This document shows, in pieces, positions 10,789-21,030 of a stretch of DNA of 36,140 nucleotides. The position numbers were made by a program, and so were the translations under genes. The DNA lies in contig CAWBHS010000098.1 in the NCBI GenBank assembly GCA_963788655.1, positions 1 to 36,140 on the forward strand, in the 5' to 3' direction. How positions within the stretch are numbered: the stretch's first letter is position 1; every line of letters begins with the position of its first letter. The notes below the pieces were generated by a model, which did no database searches, was not told the origin of the DNA, and worked only from the letters and a program-made list of their open reading frames with translations. The stretch comes from an uncultured Verrucomicrobiae bacterium. Its GTDB lineage: Bacteria > Verrucomicrobiota > Verrucomicrobiia > Limisphaerales > JAFGQR01.

Positions 10789-11912
10789 CACACCACCTTC
10801 TCGGAAACTGGTTTTGCTCGCATCACCACGGAAAGCAACCACGCCACGCCGCCCAATCCAGCCACGAACGTAATCAGGAACAGCCCCACCACCGACCAAT
10901 TGGTCACCACCGTTCGCTGCCACACATCAAAGCCCTTGCTCAACAGCGTCACGTCGCGGATGCCGTCGCGATAAGTCGTCATGCTCAACATCGCCGCCAC
11001 ACCCAATGCCAGGCACAGCCAACTGGCCTGCCCGGCCCGGGCTTTGCCGAATCCCGTCCAGGTCCCGACCAGAAGAACCAAGACCATTACAATCAGCCAG
11101 GCGTAACCGGCAACCTGGTAAAATGGGTAGTCGGCCAATCCAGTGCGAACGGCTTCCGGTTGCTCGCGTAATACCCAGAATGCCACCGCCACCTGCACGA
11201 TCCCCATCACGACCGCCAGGCGGCCGCCGATTGTCGCCAGATGTGAGCGAACGGAGTCTTCCAAAGACTTGCGGCCCGAAAGCCAAACCAGCCACAACCC
11301 GGCGATCGTAAATCCGCCGGCCAGCATAAACAGCCAACGCGGTGTCAACGTGGCATCGACGGGCGGCAAATGAATCCCCATGGCCGTATTGGAATACATA
11401 GTTCCCCACACTTCGGGCCGTAGCATCAACGTCATGTTCGTCGAATAAATCCGCGCAATGACGCCCGCAATCAGCCACGCTCCCAACCCCAACCACCAGC
11501 CCGCCCGTCCGGCTTCACTGGCGGCGGCAAAGCGATACAGCAACCAATAGCACGCCATCAGCAGAAAGATGACCGCGATCCAATAAACGCCAATCAACAC
11601 GCTGCTGGTGTAGAGCGCCGGACCGTAAAGCACCTGGGCGAACAGCAACGGTGGCACCCCCAAGTTGATCACGTAGGTCATGACCACCGGCATCCGCCGC
11701 GCCAGGCTCGAAGACGTGTTCAAACGCAAGGCGCTGGCAGGATTATGCCCGCCGCGCGCCCCGAGGAAATTCAGCCACGTGGCCACGAGCAAGCCACCCA
11801 ACAGCATTTCCACCGACACAAAGTGCAGCGCCAGGGTGACGATGTGCAGCGCCTTGAACAGCCAGACTGGCGCCGGGATGGGAATTGGATCGACGGCGGG
11901 AAATATGTTCAT
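10788..11912 (-). CDS. Polytopic membrane protein, probable CydA'-like partner subunit
   Basis: About 9-10 TM segments. LHIVTLALHF and YVINLGVPPLLFAQVLYG motifs. First gene of a translationally coupled operon that ends with the CydA-like gene. Confidence 0.65.
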   Translation of the reverse strand: MNIFPAVDPIPIPAPVWLFKALHIVTLALHFVSVEMLLGGLLVATWLNFLGARGGHNPASALRLNTSSSLARRMPVVMTYVINLGVPPLLFAQVLYGPALYTSSVLIGVYWIAVIFLLMACYWLLYRFAAASEAGRAGWWLGLGAWLIAGVIARIYSTNMTLMLRPEVWGTMYSNTAMGIHLPPVDATLTPRWLFMLAGGFTIAGLWLVWLSGRKSLEDSVRSHLATIGGRLAVVMGIVQVAVAFWVLREQPEAVRTGLADYPFYQVAGYAWLIVMVLVLLVGTWTGFGKARAGQASWLCLALGVAAMLSMTTYRDGIRDVTLLSKGFDVWQRTVVTNWSVVGLFLITFVAGLGGVAWLLSVVMRAKPVSEKVV

Positions 11913-12327
11913 GGAATAAGCGTCTCGCGCTGGGCGAACTGTTCGCGACCCAACGTGGTTACAAATACGGTGCGGATGTTATCGATTGCGGCCATAGAAT
12001 TAACGGCGCGCATTCAAACATCTTCCTCCCCGCCTGACAACCATCGGAGCGTAAATTTTTTTTGCGCTGAAATTGCCTCCCTCCTTCGTCGAACCACCCG
12101 AGGGATTGGGACAATCCGAAGCATGACCAAGTATCAAATAAACAGCACAATGCTAATTAGCGATCAATGTCCAGTGAATGGCGACAGCCAAAGTCGCGTT
12201 ATGCGTAAAGTAGTCCAATTGCCATTGGTGTTAATTTGCCTGCTTGTTGGTAAACAGTTCGTTCTTAAAGCTGGGGAGAGGGCGTTGACGCGAGCCCGCG
12301 CTGCCCCACAAGAAACACCGAACAGCA

Positions 12328-12355
12328 GAACGGGCGCCGCACGCGACGCCCGTTC
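12328..12355 (-). terminator. GC-rich hairpin, possible terminator after the isomerase gene
   Basis: GAACGGGCGCCGC-AC-GCGACGCCCGTTC stem about 65 nt after the 12422 stop. The U-tail is weak. Confidence 0.4.
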
Positions 12356-12421
12356 CCACCCTTCGAACTCTCTACACTTTTAGCCCTTCAACACACTTCA
12401 CGCTTCAACTCTGCAACACGT

Positions 12422-13453
12422 TTACGCCCCCATCCCGTCTTCAAACGAGCCGGTGGCGACCGGGAAGCAAAGCGCGTCGCGCACGTATTCGATGCCGTTG
12501 GTGCTGGTGGCGTCCAGGTCGCGATAGGCGCTCTCGGCTTCGACAATCAGCGGAGCGGTTTGGGTGCCCATGATTTTGCAGTAGCGCTGCGGGTAGCCAA
12601 TGTGGATGAGCATTTCCACGTAGCGAATCATGTTGAGATCGCCACTGGGAATGTCCACGAACTGCATGGCGCGATTGGGCCAGTCCGCCGCCATCTTGCG
12701 CAATGGCACATCCGGGCGGATCACGAAGTTTTTCACGTGACAGGCATACACGCGGTCGGCGCATTTGCGGAACCGCGTTTCCCAATACTCATTTTCCCAG
12801 CAATGCGACGGATCGGCATTGACGCCGAGGCATTTGTCGCCGTCGCAGAATTTCACGAGTTGCAGGAAATCGTCGGCGCACATGGCCGCGGTGCCGGGAT
12901 GAATTTCGTGGCAGAGATACTGGCCGTTCTTATTGGCGTGTTCGCGAATCTTCGCCGTCTTTTTGGCGAAACGCTCGCCGCCTTCTTGAACGAAATCGTA
13001 GCCCGGCCCTTTCCAAAAGCCCCACGGATAACCGGTCGCCATTTCCCAACCGAAGGCGATACCCCAGAACATGGGCACAATCTTGAGGCCCAGTTCAGCA
13101 CACAGGTCGAGCAAACGCAGCAGGTAATCCTCAGCCCATTTTTCGATTTCTTCGGGTGACTTCTTGGCCACGTCCGGCGGGGTGAACGGGCGGATGGTCG
13201 GGCTGCCGGTCCAGGCGGTCGTGTGTACCCAGAACGGGCAATGCGCCGAAACGCCGTCCAGCTTCATGCCGGCCTTTTCAAAGGTGTCCTTGATTTCCTT
13301 GGCGGACTTGAAGCCCGGGCCGCTTTCCAACATGAAGTTGGACGGCTGCGCGCCGGTGGCGCCGGACTTTTTCGCGTAGGTCAGAAAGTCAGCCAGACTT
13401 TTCGCGCCGTGTTGGGCGCCTTCGATACTCGGATGAAAAACAGGTTGTCCCAT
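12422..13453 (-). CDS. Sugar phosphate isomerase/epimerase (xylose-isomerase-like TIM barrel)
   Basis: HEIHPG, NADPSH, CHVKN and IVEAE metal-binding motifs. Intact 343-aa ORF. Confidence 0.85.
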   Translation of the reverse strand: MGQPVFHPSIEGAQHGAKSLADFLTYAKKSGATGAQPSNFMLESGPGFKSAKEIKDTFEKAGMKLDGVSAHCPFWVHTTAWTGSPTIRPFTPPDVAKKSPEEIEKWAEDYLLRLLDLCAELGLKIVPMFWGIAFGWEMATGYPWGFWKGPGYDFVQEGGERFAKKTAKIREHANKNGQYLCHEIHPGTAAMCADDFLQLVKFCDGDKCLGVNADPSHCWENEYWETRFRKCADRVYACHVKNFVIRPDVPLRKMAADWPNRAMQFVDIPSGDLNMIRYVEMLIHIGYPQRYCKIMGTQTAPLIVEAESAYRDLDATSTNGIEYVRDALCFPVATGSFEDGMGA

Positions 13454-13582
13454 AAGTTTCTAGTTCTTCGCTCTGGTTATTGTTGTTTCGGGAGGGTTTA
13501 GCGGGGTTCCCGCCGGATTGCAACTGAAATTCGAACAGGCCCATTAATTCCCGGATGGCTTGGCATTATGGTAAGAATCACC

Positions 13583-14965
13583 TCAGTTTAATCCTGGCGC
13601 TGCTTGACGTTCGGCGCAGATGCCGACCACCGCATACACCGCAAATGCGCCGGCCAGCGATGGCAAATAAACGACCTCCCATTCCATCACGTACGTGCCC
13701 GCCACATAGATCGCCAATCCGGCAAACAGCGCCGCCATCGCGCTCCGCGGCCCACCGAACCGGGTGAACAGTCCCATTACGATGATCGCAAAAATGCCGG
13801 CGCTGCCCAATGCCGAGGCACTTTCCACCAAACCAAAAATGGTGTCCGCCTGAAGCGCCAGCACCCAGGCCACCACCCCGAACGTCGCCACGCCCAGGCG
13901 GGACATTCGGACCTTGCCGGCTTCGTTGATGCCGGGAAACAGGGGGAGGATCAGGTTGTGCGCCGTCAGCGAGGCCGCCGCCAGCAAGGTGCTGTCCACC
14001 GTCGAGAGGATGGCCGAGACCAATGCTCCGGCAAACAGAATGTAGAGCAGCGGTGGCAAATGCTGTTGCGCCAGCGTGGGCAGCAATTGCTCCGGATGAT
14101 CGAGATGCGGCAACATCGTTACGCCCACCAGCCCCATGAACACCGGAATCAGGCCGACGGCAATGTAGAGCCCGCCGCCCATCATCGCCGAACGGCGCGC
14201 CACGGTGGGCGAGCGGGTGGACAACACGCGAGCCACCAGTTCCTGCGCGACGACCGATCCGCAAATCGGGATCGCCCAGGCCTCCAACGTTTCCCACGGC
14301 GAGTGGTCGCCCCCGAACAGGTGGAGCCGGGCGGGATCAATGCCGTTCCAAGCCGTCTGCAACTGGCTCCAACCGGGAAACATCACCACCAGCAACAGCC
14401 CCAGTCCCAGAATGATCACCACACCTTGGATCAAGTCCGTGATAACGTCCGCCCGCATGCCGCCCGCGCCGGTATAAATAATGGCAACCGCGGCGGCGAT
14501 GGTGATGCCGGTGTTCGTGCCAATGCCGGACGAAGCATCCAGCACTTCGCCGAAACCGCGGATTTGCGCCCCCGCCCACATCACCGAAGTGGGCACCATC
14601 ATCAACACCGCCACGCGTTCCACCCCGACGGAATACCGTTGGCGGAGCAAATCAGCCAACGTCGTCAACCGCCGGCGCCATAAGGGAACGGCAAACACCA
14701 GCCCCATGAACATGATGCAAGCACCGTAGCCGAACGGCTCAGCCGAAGCGCCGGACAACCCTTCCTGGTAAATCCGCGCCGCGGAACTGATGCAGGTTTC
14801 GGCGCCGAACCAGGTCGCAAAGAAACTGAAGGTGGCCAGACCATACCCAAACCGGCGTCCGGCCAGCAGGTAATCATCCTCGCTGGCGATACGCCGGGAC
14901 ACAAGCACGCCCACCAGCAGTTGGAGGGCGACATAACCCATTACACCGATCAATACCGTGTTCAT
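13583..14965 (-). CDS. Sodium:solute symporter family transporter
   Basis: EDDYLLAGRR, FATWFGAE, YTGAGGMRADVITDLIQG, SAILSTVDS. About 13 TM segments. Start taken at MNTVLIG. Confidence 0.92.
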   Translation of the reverse strand: MNTVLIGVMGYVALQLLVGVLVSRRIASEDDYLLAGRRFGYGLATFSFFATWFGAETCISSAARIYQEGLSGASAEPFGYGACIMFMGLVFAVPLWRRRLTTLADLLRQRYSVGVERVAVLMMVPTSVMWAGAQIRGFGEVLDASSGIGTNTGITIAAAVAIIYTGAGGMRADVITDLIQGVVIILGLGLLLVVMFPGWSQLQTAWNGIDPARLHLFGGDHSPWETLEAWAIPICGSVVAQELVARVLSTRSPTVARRSAMMGGGLYIAVGLIPVFMGLVGVTMLPHLDHPEQLLPTLAQQHLPPLLYILFAGALVSAILSTVDSTLLAAASLTAHNLILPLFPGINEAGKVRMSRLGVATFGVVAWVLALQADTIFGLVESASALGSAGIFAIIVMGLFTRFGGPRSAMAALFAGLAIYVAGTYVMEWEVVYLPSLAGAFAVYAVVGICAERQAAPGLN

Positions 14966-15239
14966 GCGAGGGCAACAAGACACCGAAAATTGCCGGCGAT
15001 GTCCAGACTTCAGTTATGCGGGGCAGCGATTCAAAGGAAGGTCGAGCGGAACCGTGGTTCCGCCCCGCACCTACGGAGAAAATCGACGGCGAACGACCAC
15101 GGTTGGATGACGAAGTAGGGAAAAAGGAATTGCCTTCGCAACCAATGAATCTGCGGCAAATTTGGGGGTGCGGTAAAGGGGCAATCCAAGAACCGTGATT
15201 CCCGGTCCAGGCTGAGTAGAATGCCAAGAGGCGACTTCT

Positions 15240-15313
15240 TTCACCGCCAAGACACGAAGAGCGCAAAGAGTTGCGGCAGTCAGCCTTTGCGCTCTTCGGG
15301 TCTTGGCGGTGAA
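15240..15313. repeat. Long hairpin repeat (family D)
   Basis: TTCACCGCCAAGACACGAAGAGCGCAAAG paired with CTTTGCGCTCTTCGGGTCTTGGCGGTGAA. Related copy at 24560-24626. Confidence 0.8.
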
Positions 15314-15389
15314 CGGGTACCGGTCAGACTTTATGCGCGTCGAGCAGTTAGCCAGAATATTTCACACCGAGCTTGGAACGCCGACAGCC

Positions 15390-15461
15390 TGTAGCCGACG
15401 AGGTGAGGAGGCGGAGCGCAGGAAGTGGCTCCAGGTCCGCCTCCTCACGTCGGCGGCTACA
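15390..15461. repeat. GTAG REP doublet (family A)
   Basis: TGTAGCCGACGAGGTGAGGAGGCGGA paired with TCCGCCTCCTCACGTCGGCGGCTACA. Confidence 0.8.
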
Positions 15462-15476
15462 GTGCGTGTGTTCGAG

Positions 15477-16250
15477 CTAGCCGTTTCCAGCCTGAGGCGG
15501 TTTCATTTCGGCAGTCAGTCGCCGGCACAGTGGTTGCAGCGCGGCAATCCGTTGAGCAGCCGGCGGGTGCGAGGAGAAATACTGGCCCAAATCCGGTGAT
15601 TCCGTCGCGGCCTCATCGAGGCGGCGCAGCAAGGCGAGCGCCCCGTTGGCATCAAAGTGAGCCGAGGCCGCCAGGCGAAGGCCGAACTCATCTGCCTCGG
15701 TTTCGGAGTCGCGCGCAAACGCGCTTTGGAGCAAGCCCATTCCTTTGTGCCGAAGCCAGGTTCCCAACGGGCCGGTGCGGGCGGTGATGGCGGTGGCGGC
15801 CTGCGAAGCGGTCTGGCTCAACATCCGATCCCAGACGTGTTCACGAAGGATATGCCCCATTTCGTGGCCGATGATGAAGGCCAATTCGTCCGGTTGGCGG
15901 CCGCAAAAATTCAGCAGCGCGTGGCTCATGAAAATGTATCCGCCCGGTAAGGCCATGGCACTGGGCGTTTCGTCGAAAATCAATTCCACTCGGAAGTTGC
16001 GTCGCTGGTCGCGCACACAGGCAGTCAATCGCTGACATACCTCGTTCAGCAATTCGGTGGCCGGGGGATCGTTCAACGGTTCCGTGGCGTTGCGCAACTC
16101 GACCGCCAGCACCCGACCGAACGCCACTTCCGCCTGGAGCGCCTCTTCTTCGTTGCCGGTCAGTCCCGCCCAAATCCATTTGGACTTGCGCATGGCCGGC
16201 ACGGTTGCCCGCCCCAGACGACGCCCAATGTTGTGAAAGAATCCAGCCAT
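15477..16250 (-). CDS. M48 family zinc metallopeptidase
   Basis: AMALPGGYIF, DELAFIIGHEMGH (HExxH), ETEADEFG, YFSSHP...RI. Start taken at MAGFFHNIG. Confidence 0.9.
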   Translation of the reverse strand: MAGFFHNIGRRLGRATVPAMRKSKWIWAGLTGNEEEALQAEVAFGRVLAVELRNATEPLNDPPATELLNEVCQRLTACVRDQRRNFRVELIFDETPSAMALPGGYIFMSHALLNFCGRQPDELAFIIGHEMGHILREHVWDRMLSQTASQAATAITARTGPLGTWLRHKGMGLLQSAFARDSETEADEFGLRLAASAHFDANGALALLRRLDEAATESPDLGQYFSSHPPAAQRIAALQPLCRRLTAEMKPPQAGNG

Positions 16251-16300
16251 GTTCAATTCAGGTCCGGCGAGCAACTGCTGAAAGCCTGCCGCAGTCAACA

Positions 16301-17672
16301 CTATGGATCGAGCCGCACCACACTGCAAATCGCGTCCGGTAACGGGTCCGGGAGCAGGATCGTCAGAGAACCGTTCGTGCGTTCGAGGTGAAGCGGCTCC
16401 TTGCCCGCCAGCAGCGTGGCGCGGGACGCGTTCGCCGGCAGGGTGATTTGGCCGTTGTCCGGACGGGAGAAGAGGTGCAAATAGAGTTGCTCGCCCTTCT
16501 GGGTGCATCGACCGTCGAAAGGCAACTTGGACAATGGACTGGCCGTGGTGCCGTAGATTGCTTCGCCATTGACCTTGAGCCAGGCGCCGATGGCCCGCAT
16601 CCGCTCGACGCTTTCCGCGGGAATCGTGCCATCACCTTTCGGCCCCACGTTCAACAGGTAATTGCCGCCCTTGGACGCGATGTCCACCAGAGTTGCGGAT
16701 CAGTTGCTCGGTGGATTTCCAGGCGTGATCATGATCGGAATAACCCCAGGTGGTGTTCATGGTCATGCAGGCTTCCCAATCCACACCGGGCATGCCGGTC
16801 GAAGGCACAGTTTGTTCCGGCGTGGTGAAATCGCCTTGCGCCGGGCTCCACGTTTTCAGCCGTCCCACGGAATCGGCTTGCTCGATATTCGGAATCCGGT
16901 ACAGCCGATTGTTCATGATGATTTCCGGCTGAAAACTTTTCACCATTCGCACCAGGCTGTCGGCGCGCCAGAATTCGCCTTCGGCATCCGGCTTGGAGTA
17001 ATCCCACCACAGGATGTCAATGGGTCCGTAATGAGTGACCAGTTCGCGCACCTGAGCGTGGAGGTAATCCACATAAACGGAGTGATCACGCGGGCCGTTG
17101 GGGAAGGGCCGGCCTTTGAGCGGATGCGGCAAACCGTCCGCCGCTTCGTAGTCGTATTGGGGATGATGCCAGTCGATGACGGAATGATAAAATCCCACGC
17201 GCAAACCCTCGGCCCGCAGGGCTTCGACGATTTCCTTGACCAGATCGCGGCCGGTGATGTCCGCGGCGTCGTAAGTCGTCACCGCCGAACGATGGAGCGC
17301 GAAGCCTTCGTGATGTTTGGTGGTGAACACCACGTATTTGCAGCCGGCCTCGCGGGCCAGGCGCGCCCATTCCCGCGCAAAACCAGGTTGGGGTTGAAAG
17401 CGAGGAATGGCTTCGTGGGCGTATTCGTAAGTGTCCACCTTCACCCGCTGCTGCAACCATTCCATGCCGCCGCGCGTGCCGACCGCCTTGCCGTTCCAAG
17501 TTCCCGCCAGCCCGGAGTACAGTCCCCAATGGACGAACATGCCGAATCGCGCCTGCCGCCACCATGCCATTCGAGCATCGCGCGCCGCGGGGGATTCCGG
17601 CGGAAACCCGGCTTGCACGGTGAGCAGTCCGGCAAACAAAAGGGCGAAGGGCAATGTCAACTTAGAGATCAT
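16301..17672 (-). CDS. GH29 alpha-L-fucosidase, frameshifted near 16690
   Basis: Signal peptide [60 protein letters not shown]. The C-terminal part [20 protein letters not shown] is in ORF 16301..16687. Confidence 0.92.
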
Positions 17673-17732
17673 GCTGGGAGCATGGCGGTTTGGTTGCGAT
17701 GACTCAAGCATGGAACGGAGACTTGAAGCAGC

Positions 17733-18460
17733 GCAGCGTGCTGCCGGTATCTTGCCGGCAGATCGAACGCAGGAATGGCTAACGATTTGCCGCAGTGGTT
17801 CGAACGCACCGGGGGTATTCATTTCTGCCGGCGGAACGCCAGCAGCACGTTGGGCAGCGTGCTGCCGGCATCTTGCCGGCAGATCGAACGCATGAATGGC
17901 TAACGATTTGCCGCAGTGATTCGTACGCACCGGGGGGTATTCGTTCTGCCGGCGGGACGCCGGCAGCACGTTGGGCAGCGTGCTGCCGGCATCTTGCCGG
18001 CAGATCGAACGCAGGAATGGCTGACGCATTGCCGCAGTGATTCGTACGCACCGGGGGGTATTCATTTCTGCCGGCGGAACGCCAGCAGCACGTTGGGCAG
18101 CGTGCTGCCGGCATCTTGCCGGCAGATCGAACGCAGGAATGGCTGACGCATTGCCGCAGTGGTTCGGGCGCGCCTGGGGGTATTCGTTCCTGCCGGCGGA
18201 ACGCCAGCAGCACGTTGGGCAGCGTGCTGCCGGCATCTTGCCGGCAGATCGAACGCAGGAATGGCTGACGCATTGCCGCAGTGATTCGTACGCACCGGGG
18301 GGTATTCATTTCTGCCGGCGGAACGCCAGCAGCACGTTGGGCAGCGTGCTGCCGGCATCTTGCCGGCAGATCGAACGCAGGAATGGCTGACGCATTGCCG
18401 CAGTGGTTCGGGCGCACCGGGGGGTATTCGTTCCTGCCGGCGGGACGCCGGCAGCACGCT
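17733..18460. repeat. Tandem array of six 121-122 bp REP-doublet units (family F)
   Basis: Units start at 17733, 17854, 17975, 18097, 18219 and 18341. Each is bounded by inverted arms AGCGTGCTGCCGGCATCTTGCCGGCAGA and TCTGCCGGCGG(A/G)ACGCC(A/G)GCAGCACG. A single arm also occurs at about 28884-28911. Confidence 0.93.
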
Positions 18461-18461
18461 C

Positions 18462-19367
18462 TCAAATTCCAGCCGCGCGTCTCGCCGCCAGCCGCCGCCC
18501 GGTCCACGCTCCCAGGAGGCTGCGTCCGGCAAACGCCAAAGCGTAGAGTACGCCCAACAACGCCACGTCCGTCGGTCCCACCGGCAAATCATATTCGTAA
18601 GCCAGACAGAATCCGATCAGCGCGGACACCCCGCCAATCAGCGACGAACTTATCGCCAATTGCCGCATGTTGCCGGCGAACTGCCGGGCGATCAGTGGCG
18701 GGATCAGTAAAAAGCCAAACGCAATCAGCGGCCCAACGCTCAAAACCGCAATGGCCACCGTGAACCCGATGAGCAAAAACAAACTCAAATCCCAGCCCAC
18801 GACTTTACGTTTCAGCGTGATCGCCATTTCCGGGTCAAAGGAGACGAGCATGAACTCCTTGTTGAACAGCCACAAGGCCGCCAACACGATGAAGAAAGTG
18901 ACGCAGGTGATGACCAAGTCCGTGTTGGATATGGCGATAATTTCCCCTTTGAGCAGATTGAGCCAACCCCGTTCCGCCACCGGACATTTTGCCAATAGCA
19001 AAATGCTCGTAGCTGTGGCCACCACGTAAGCGGTCCCCAACCGTCCTTCCACCAACCCACGCCCGCGTTTCTCCATCAACGACAGCCACAAGATGGCGCC
19101 CAGCGTGAACGCGATGGAGCCGGTCAACGCCAGCAACCGTTGGTCTTCGCCGTGCGTTTCCATTCCCTGCCCGATCCACACGTGCATGGACAAGGCAAAC
19201 GCGATACCCGTCGAGGAAACCTGCGGCAAGGCCACGCCCAAAAAGATCAACCGGCGCAACACCAGGTAAATGCCCACCAGCGGACAGGCAAATCCGACGA
19301 GCAAGCTGACGTACACCGAATTTCGCAAGAGGAAGTCGAACGAGAGAATTTCAATAAGCGTGTGCAT
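18462..19367 (-). CDS. Zn/Mn-type metal ABC transporter permease (ZnuB/MntB family)
   Basis: GIYLVLRRLIFLGVALPQ, LVSFDPEMA, VGPLIAFGFLLIPP, DLPVGP. Confidence 0.9.
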   Translation of the reverse strand: MHTLIEILSFDFLLRNSVYVSLLVGFACPLVGIYLVLRRLIFLGVALPQVSSTGIAFALSMHVWIGQGMETHGEDQRLLALTGSIAFTLGAILWLSLMEKRGRGLVEGRLGTAYVVATATSILLLAKCPVAERGWLNLLKGEIIAISNTDLVITCVTFFIVLAALWLFNKEFMLVSFDPEMAITLKRKVVGWDLSLFLLIGFTVAIAVLSVGPLIAFGFLLIPPLIARQFAGNMRQLAISSSLIGGVSALIGFCLAYEYDLPVGPTDVALLGVLYALAFAGRSLLGAWTGRRLAARRAAGI

Positions 19368-19371
19368 GGTA

Positions 19372-20091
19372 TCAACCCCACGAGAGTTCGAGCAGTTCCG
19401 CGATTTTGTCCGGCGTCATCAGCTCACTGGTCTTGCCGTGCAGTACCGCGCCGCGTTTCAACCAGATCACGGCTTCGGCATATTGATGCACCGCCGCCAG
19501 ATCGTGGGTCACCCACAGCACGCTCATCCGCTGCTCGCGGTGCAACGTGCCCAGCACTTCCATAATGGCTTGGGCGGCCGCCGCATCCACGCCGGCCGTC
19601 GGTTCATCCAGCAACAGCAAGTGCGGTCGCGCCGCCAGGGCCCGGGCGATGAGCACACGCTGCTTCTGGCCGCCCGAAAGACGGGAGAATTGCTGGTGGG
19701 CAAATTCCTCGGCACCCGTCAGACGCAAGCATTTCCAGGTCAAATCGCGTTCCACGGCGGGCACCCTGCGTCCTGGTGGCACGCGCCCGTAGGTCCCCAT
19801 CAGTGCCACCTCGAACCCGGACAGCAGAAACAAGGGATCGAGCGATTCCCGCTGCGGCACGTACCCCAGAATAAGACGCTGGCCATTCCACTCCGGAAAG
19901 ACCACCCGCCCGGAAAGCGGCGGCAGAATGCCGGCCAACGTTTTGAGCAAGGTGGTTTTTCCGGAGCCATTGCCGCCCAGCAACGCGGTGAAACTGCCGC
20001 GCGGCAATTGTAGTTGCACCTGGCCCAGAATCTCGTGTTGACGGTATCCCACCGACACGCGTTCCAGCACCACCAAAGGATCCGTCGTCAT
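19372..20091 (-). CDS. Metal ABC transporter ATP-binding protein
   Basis: Walker A GGNGSGKTT, GYVPQ, signature LSGGQKQR, LLLLDEP, VTHD. Confidence 0.93.
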   Translation of the reverse strand: MTTDPLVVLERVSVGYRQHEILGQVQLQLPRGSFTALLGGNGSGKTTLLKTLAGILPPLSGRVVFPEWNGQRLILGYVPQRESLDPLFLLSGFEVALMGTYGRVPPGRRVPAVERDLTWKCLRLTGAEEFAHQQFSRLSGGQKQRVLIARALAARPHLLLLDEPTAGVDAAAAQAIMEVLGTLHREQRMSVLWVTHDLAAVHQYAEAVIWLKRGAVLHGKTSELMTPDKIAELLELSWG

Positions 20092-21002
20092 TCGTTCAAC
20101 GCCTCGCTCAAATGGGTGACATCGTATTCCAACCAACTGAAAAAGTCCTTGGCCTCCCGGTTACCGCCGGGCATCAACGGCAGCACGAGCAGCTTGGCTC
20201 CGATGGCCTCGGCCACGCGTTGCGCGGTGCGCCGGGGCCGGTTGGGCTCAATGATCACCAGTTTCACGCCCGCCTGTTTGGCTTCCGGCACCAAAGCGTT
20301 AATGTGCGAGGGCGACGGTTCAATCCCCGGTTTGGGTTCGATGGTATCGACCAGCACGAGTCCAAAATAATCCAGCAAATAATCGAAGGACTTGTGGTAG
20401 GTGACCACTTTGGTCCCGCGATACGGCGCCATCAACTTTTTCCATTCGACTTCCTTTTTCGTCAGCCGCTCGTTGAATTGTTTCAGATTGGCCTGGAAAT
20501 CGGCCGCGTGCGCCGCGTCCAGTCGGCCGAACACGTCCGCAATGTGCGCCGCCACAATCCGGCAGTTGTCCGGATTGAGCAGGTAATGTGGATTGCCCAA
20601 CCGATGCACATCGCCTTGGGCGCGACTTACCGACACCGTCGGAACTTGCAGCAGCCGGACCCCCAACGAGCCGTTGATGTCGGCCGAGCCGTTCGGCAGG
20701 ATTTTCGCATTGCGCGCGTTGTTGACCAGCGGCGGCAGCCAACCGATTTCCAATTCCGCACCGCCTTCGATCAGCACGTCCGCGCGGTTCAGCACACGGA
20801 TGAAGCTAGGTTTGGCATCGACGAAATGTGGATCCTCCATGCCGTTGGCCAAACAGGTGACCTTGACGTTGTTCCCGCCGATTTCCTCCGCGATGGCGCC
20901 CAAGTCAGGCAGCGTCGCCACCACGTTCAATTTGGCCGCTGCGCTGATGGGAACCAATACCAGCAAAGCCAGCAAACTCAGTTGTTTCATGATGTCTTTC
21001 AT
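20088..21002 (-). CDS. Metal ABC transporter substrate-binding protein (cluster A-I, ZnuA/TroA-like)
   Basis: Signal peptide, EDPHFV, GDVHRLGNPHY, VTYHKSFDY, IEPKPGIEPS. Confidence 0.92.
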   Translation of the reverse strand: MKDIMKQLSLLALLVLVPISAAAKLNVVATLPDLGAIAEEIGGNNVKVTCLANGMEDPHFVDAKPSFIRVLNRADVLIEGGAELEIGWLPPLVNNARNAKILPNGSADINGSLGVRLLQVPTVSVSRAQGDVHRLGNPHYLLNPDNCRIVAAHIADVFGRLDAAHAADFQANLKQFNERLTKKEVEWKKLMAPYRGTKVVTYHKSFDYLLDYFGLVLVDTIEPKPGIEPSPSHINALVPEAKQAGVKLVIIEPNRPRRTAQRVAEAIGAKLLVLPLMPGGNREAKDFFSWLEYDVTHLSEALNE

Positions 21003-21030
21003 AGAGCAGGAAAATGTGATCGGTTAAGAT

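Noticed and set aside
12121..12140. FNR/Crp box upstream of the respiratory operon
   Set aside because: Only one ATCAA half-site matches. The other half does not fit TTGAT-N4-ATCAA.
17673..18236. Long N-terminal extension of the fucosidase ORF and other ORFs over the array
   Set aside because: These are translations of the DNA repeat. The signal peptide starts at 17672.
17733..18460. Possible CRISPR array
   Set aside because: The sequences between the palindromic arms are near-identical rather than unique spacers, the unit is about 122 bp, and there are no cas genes.
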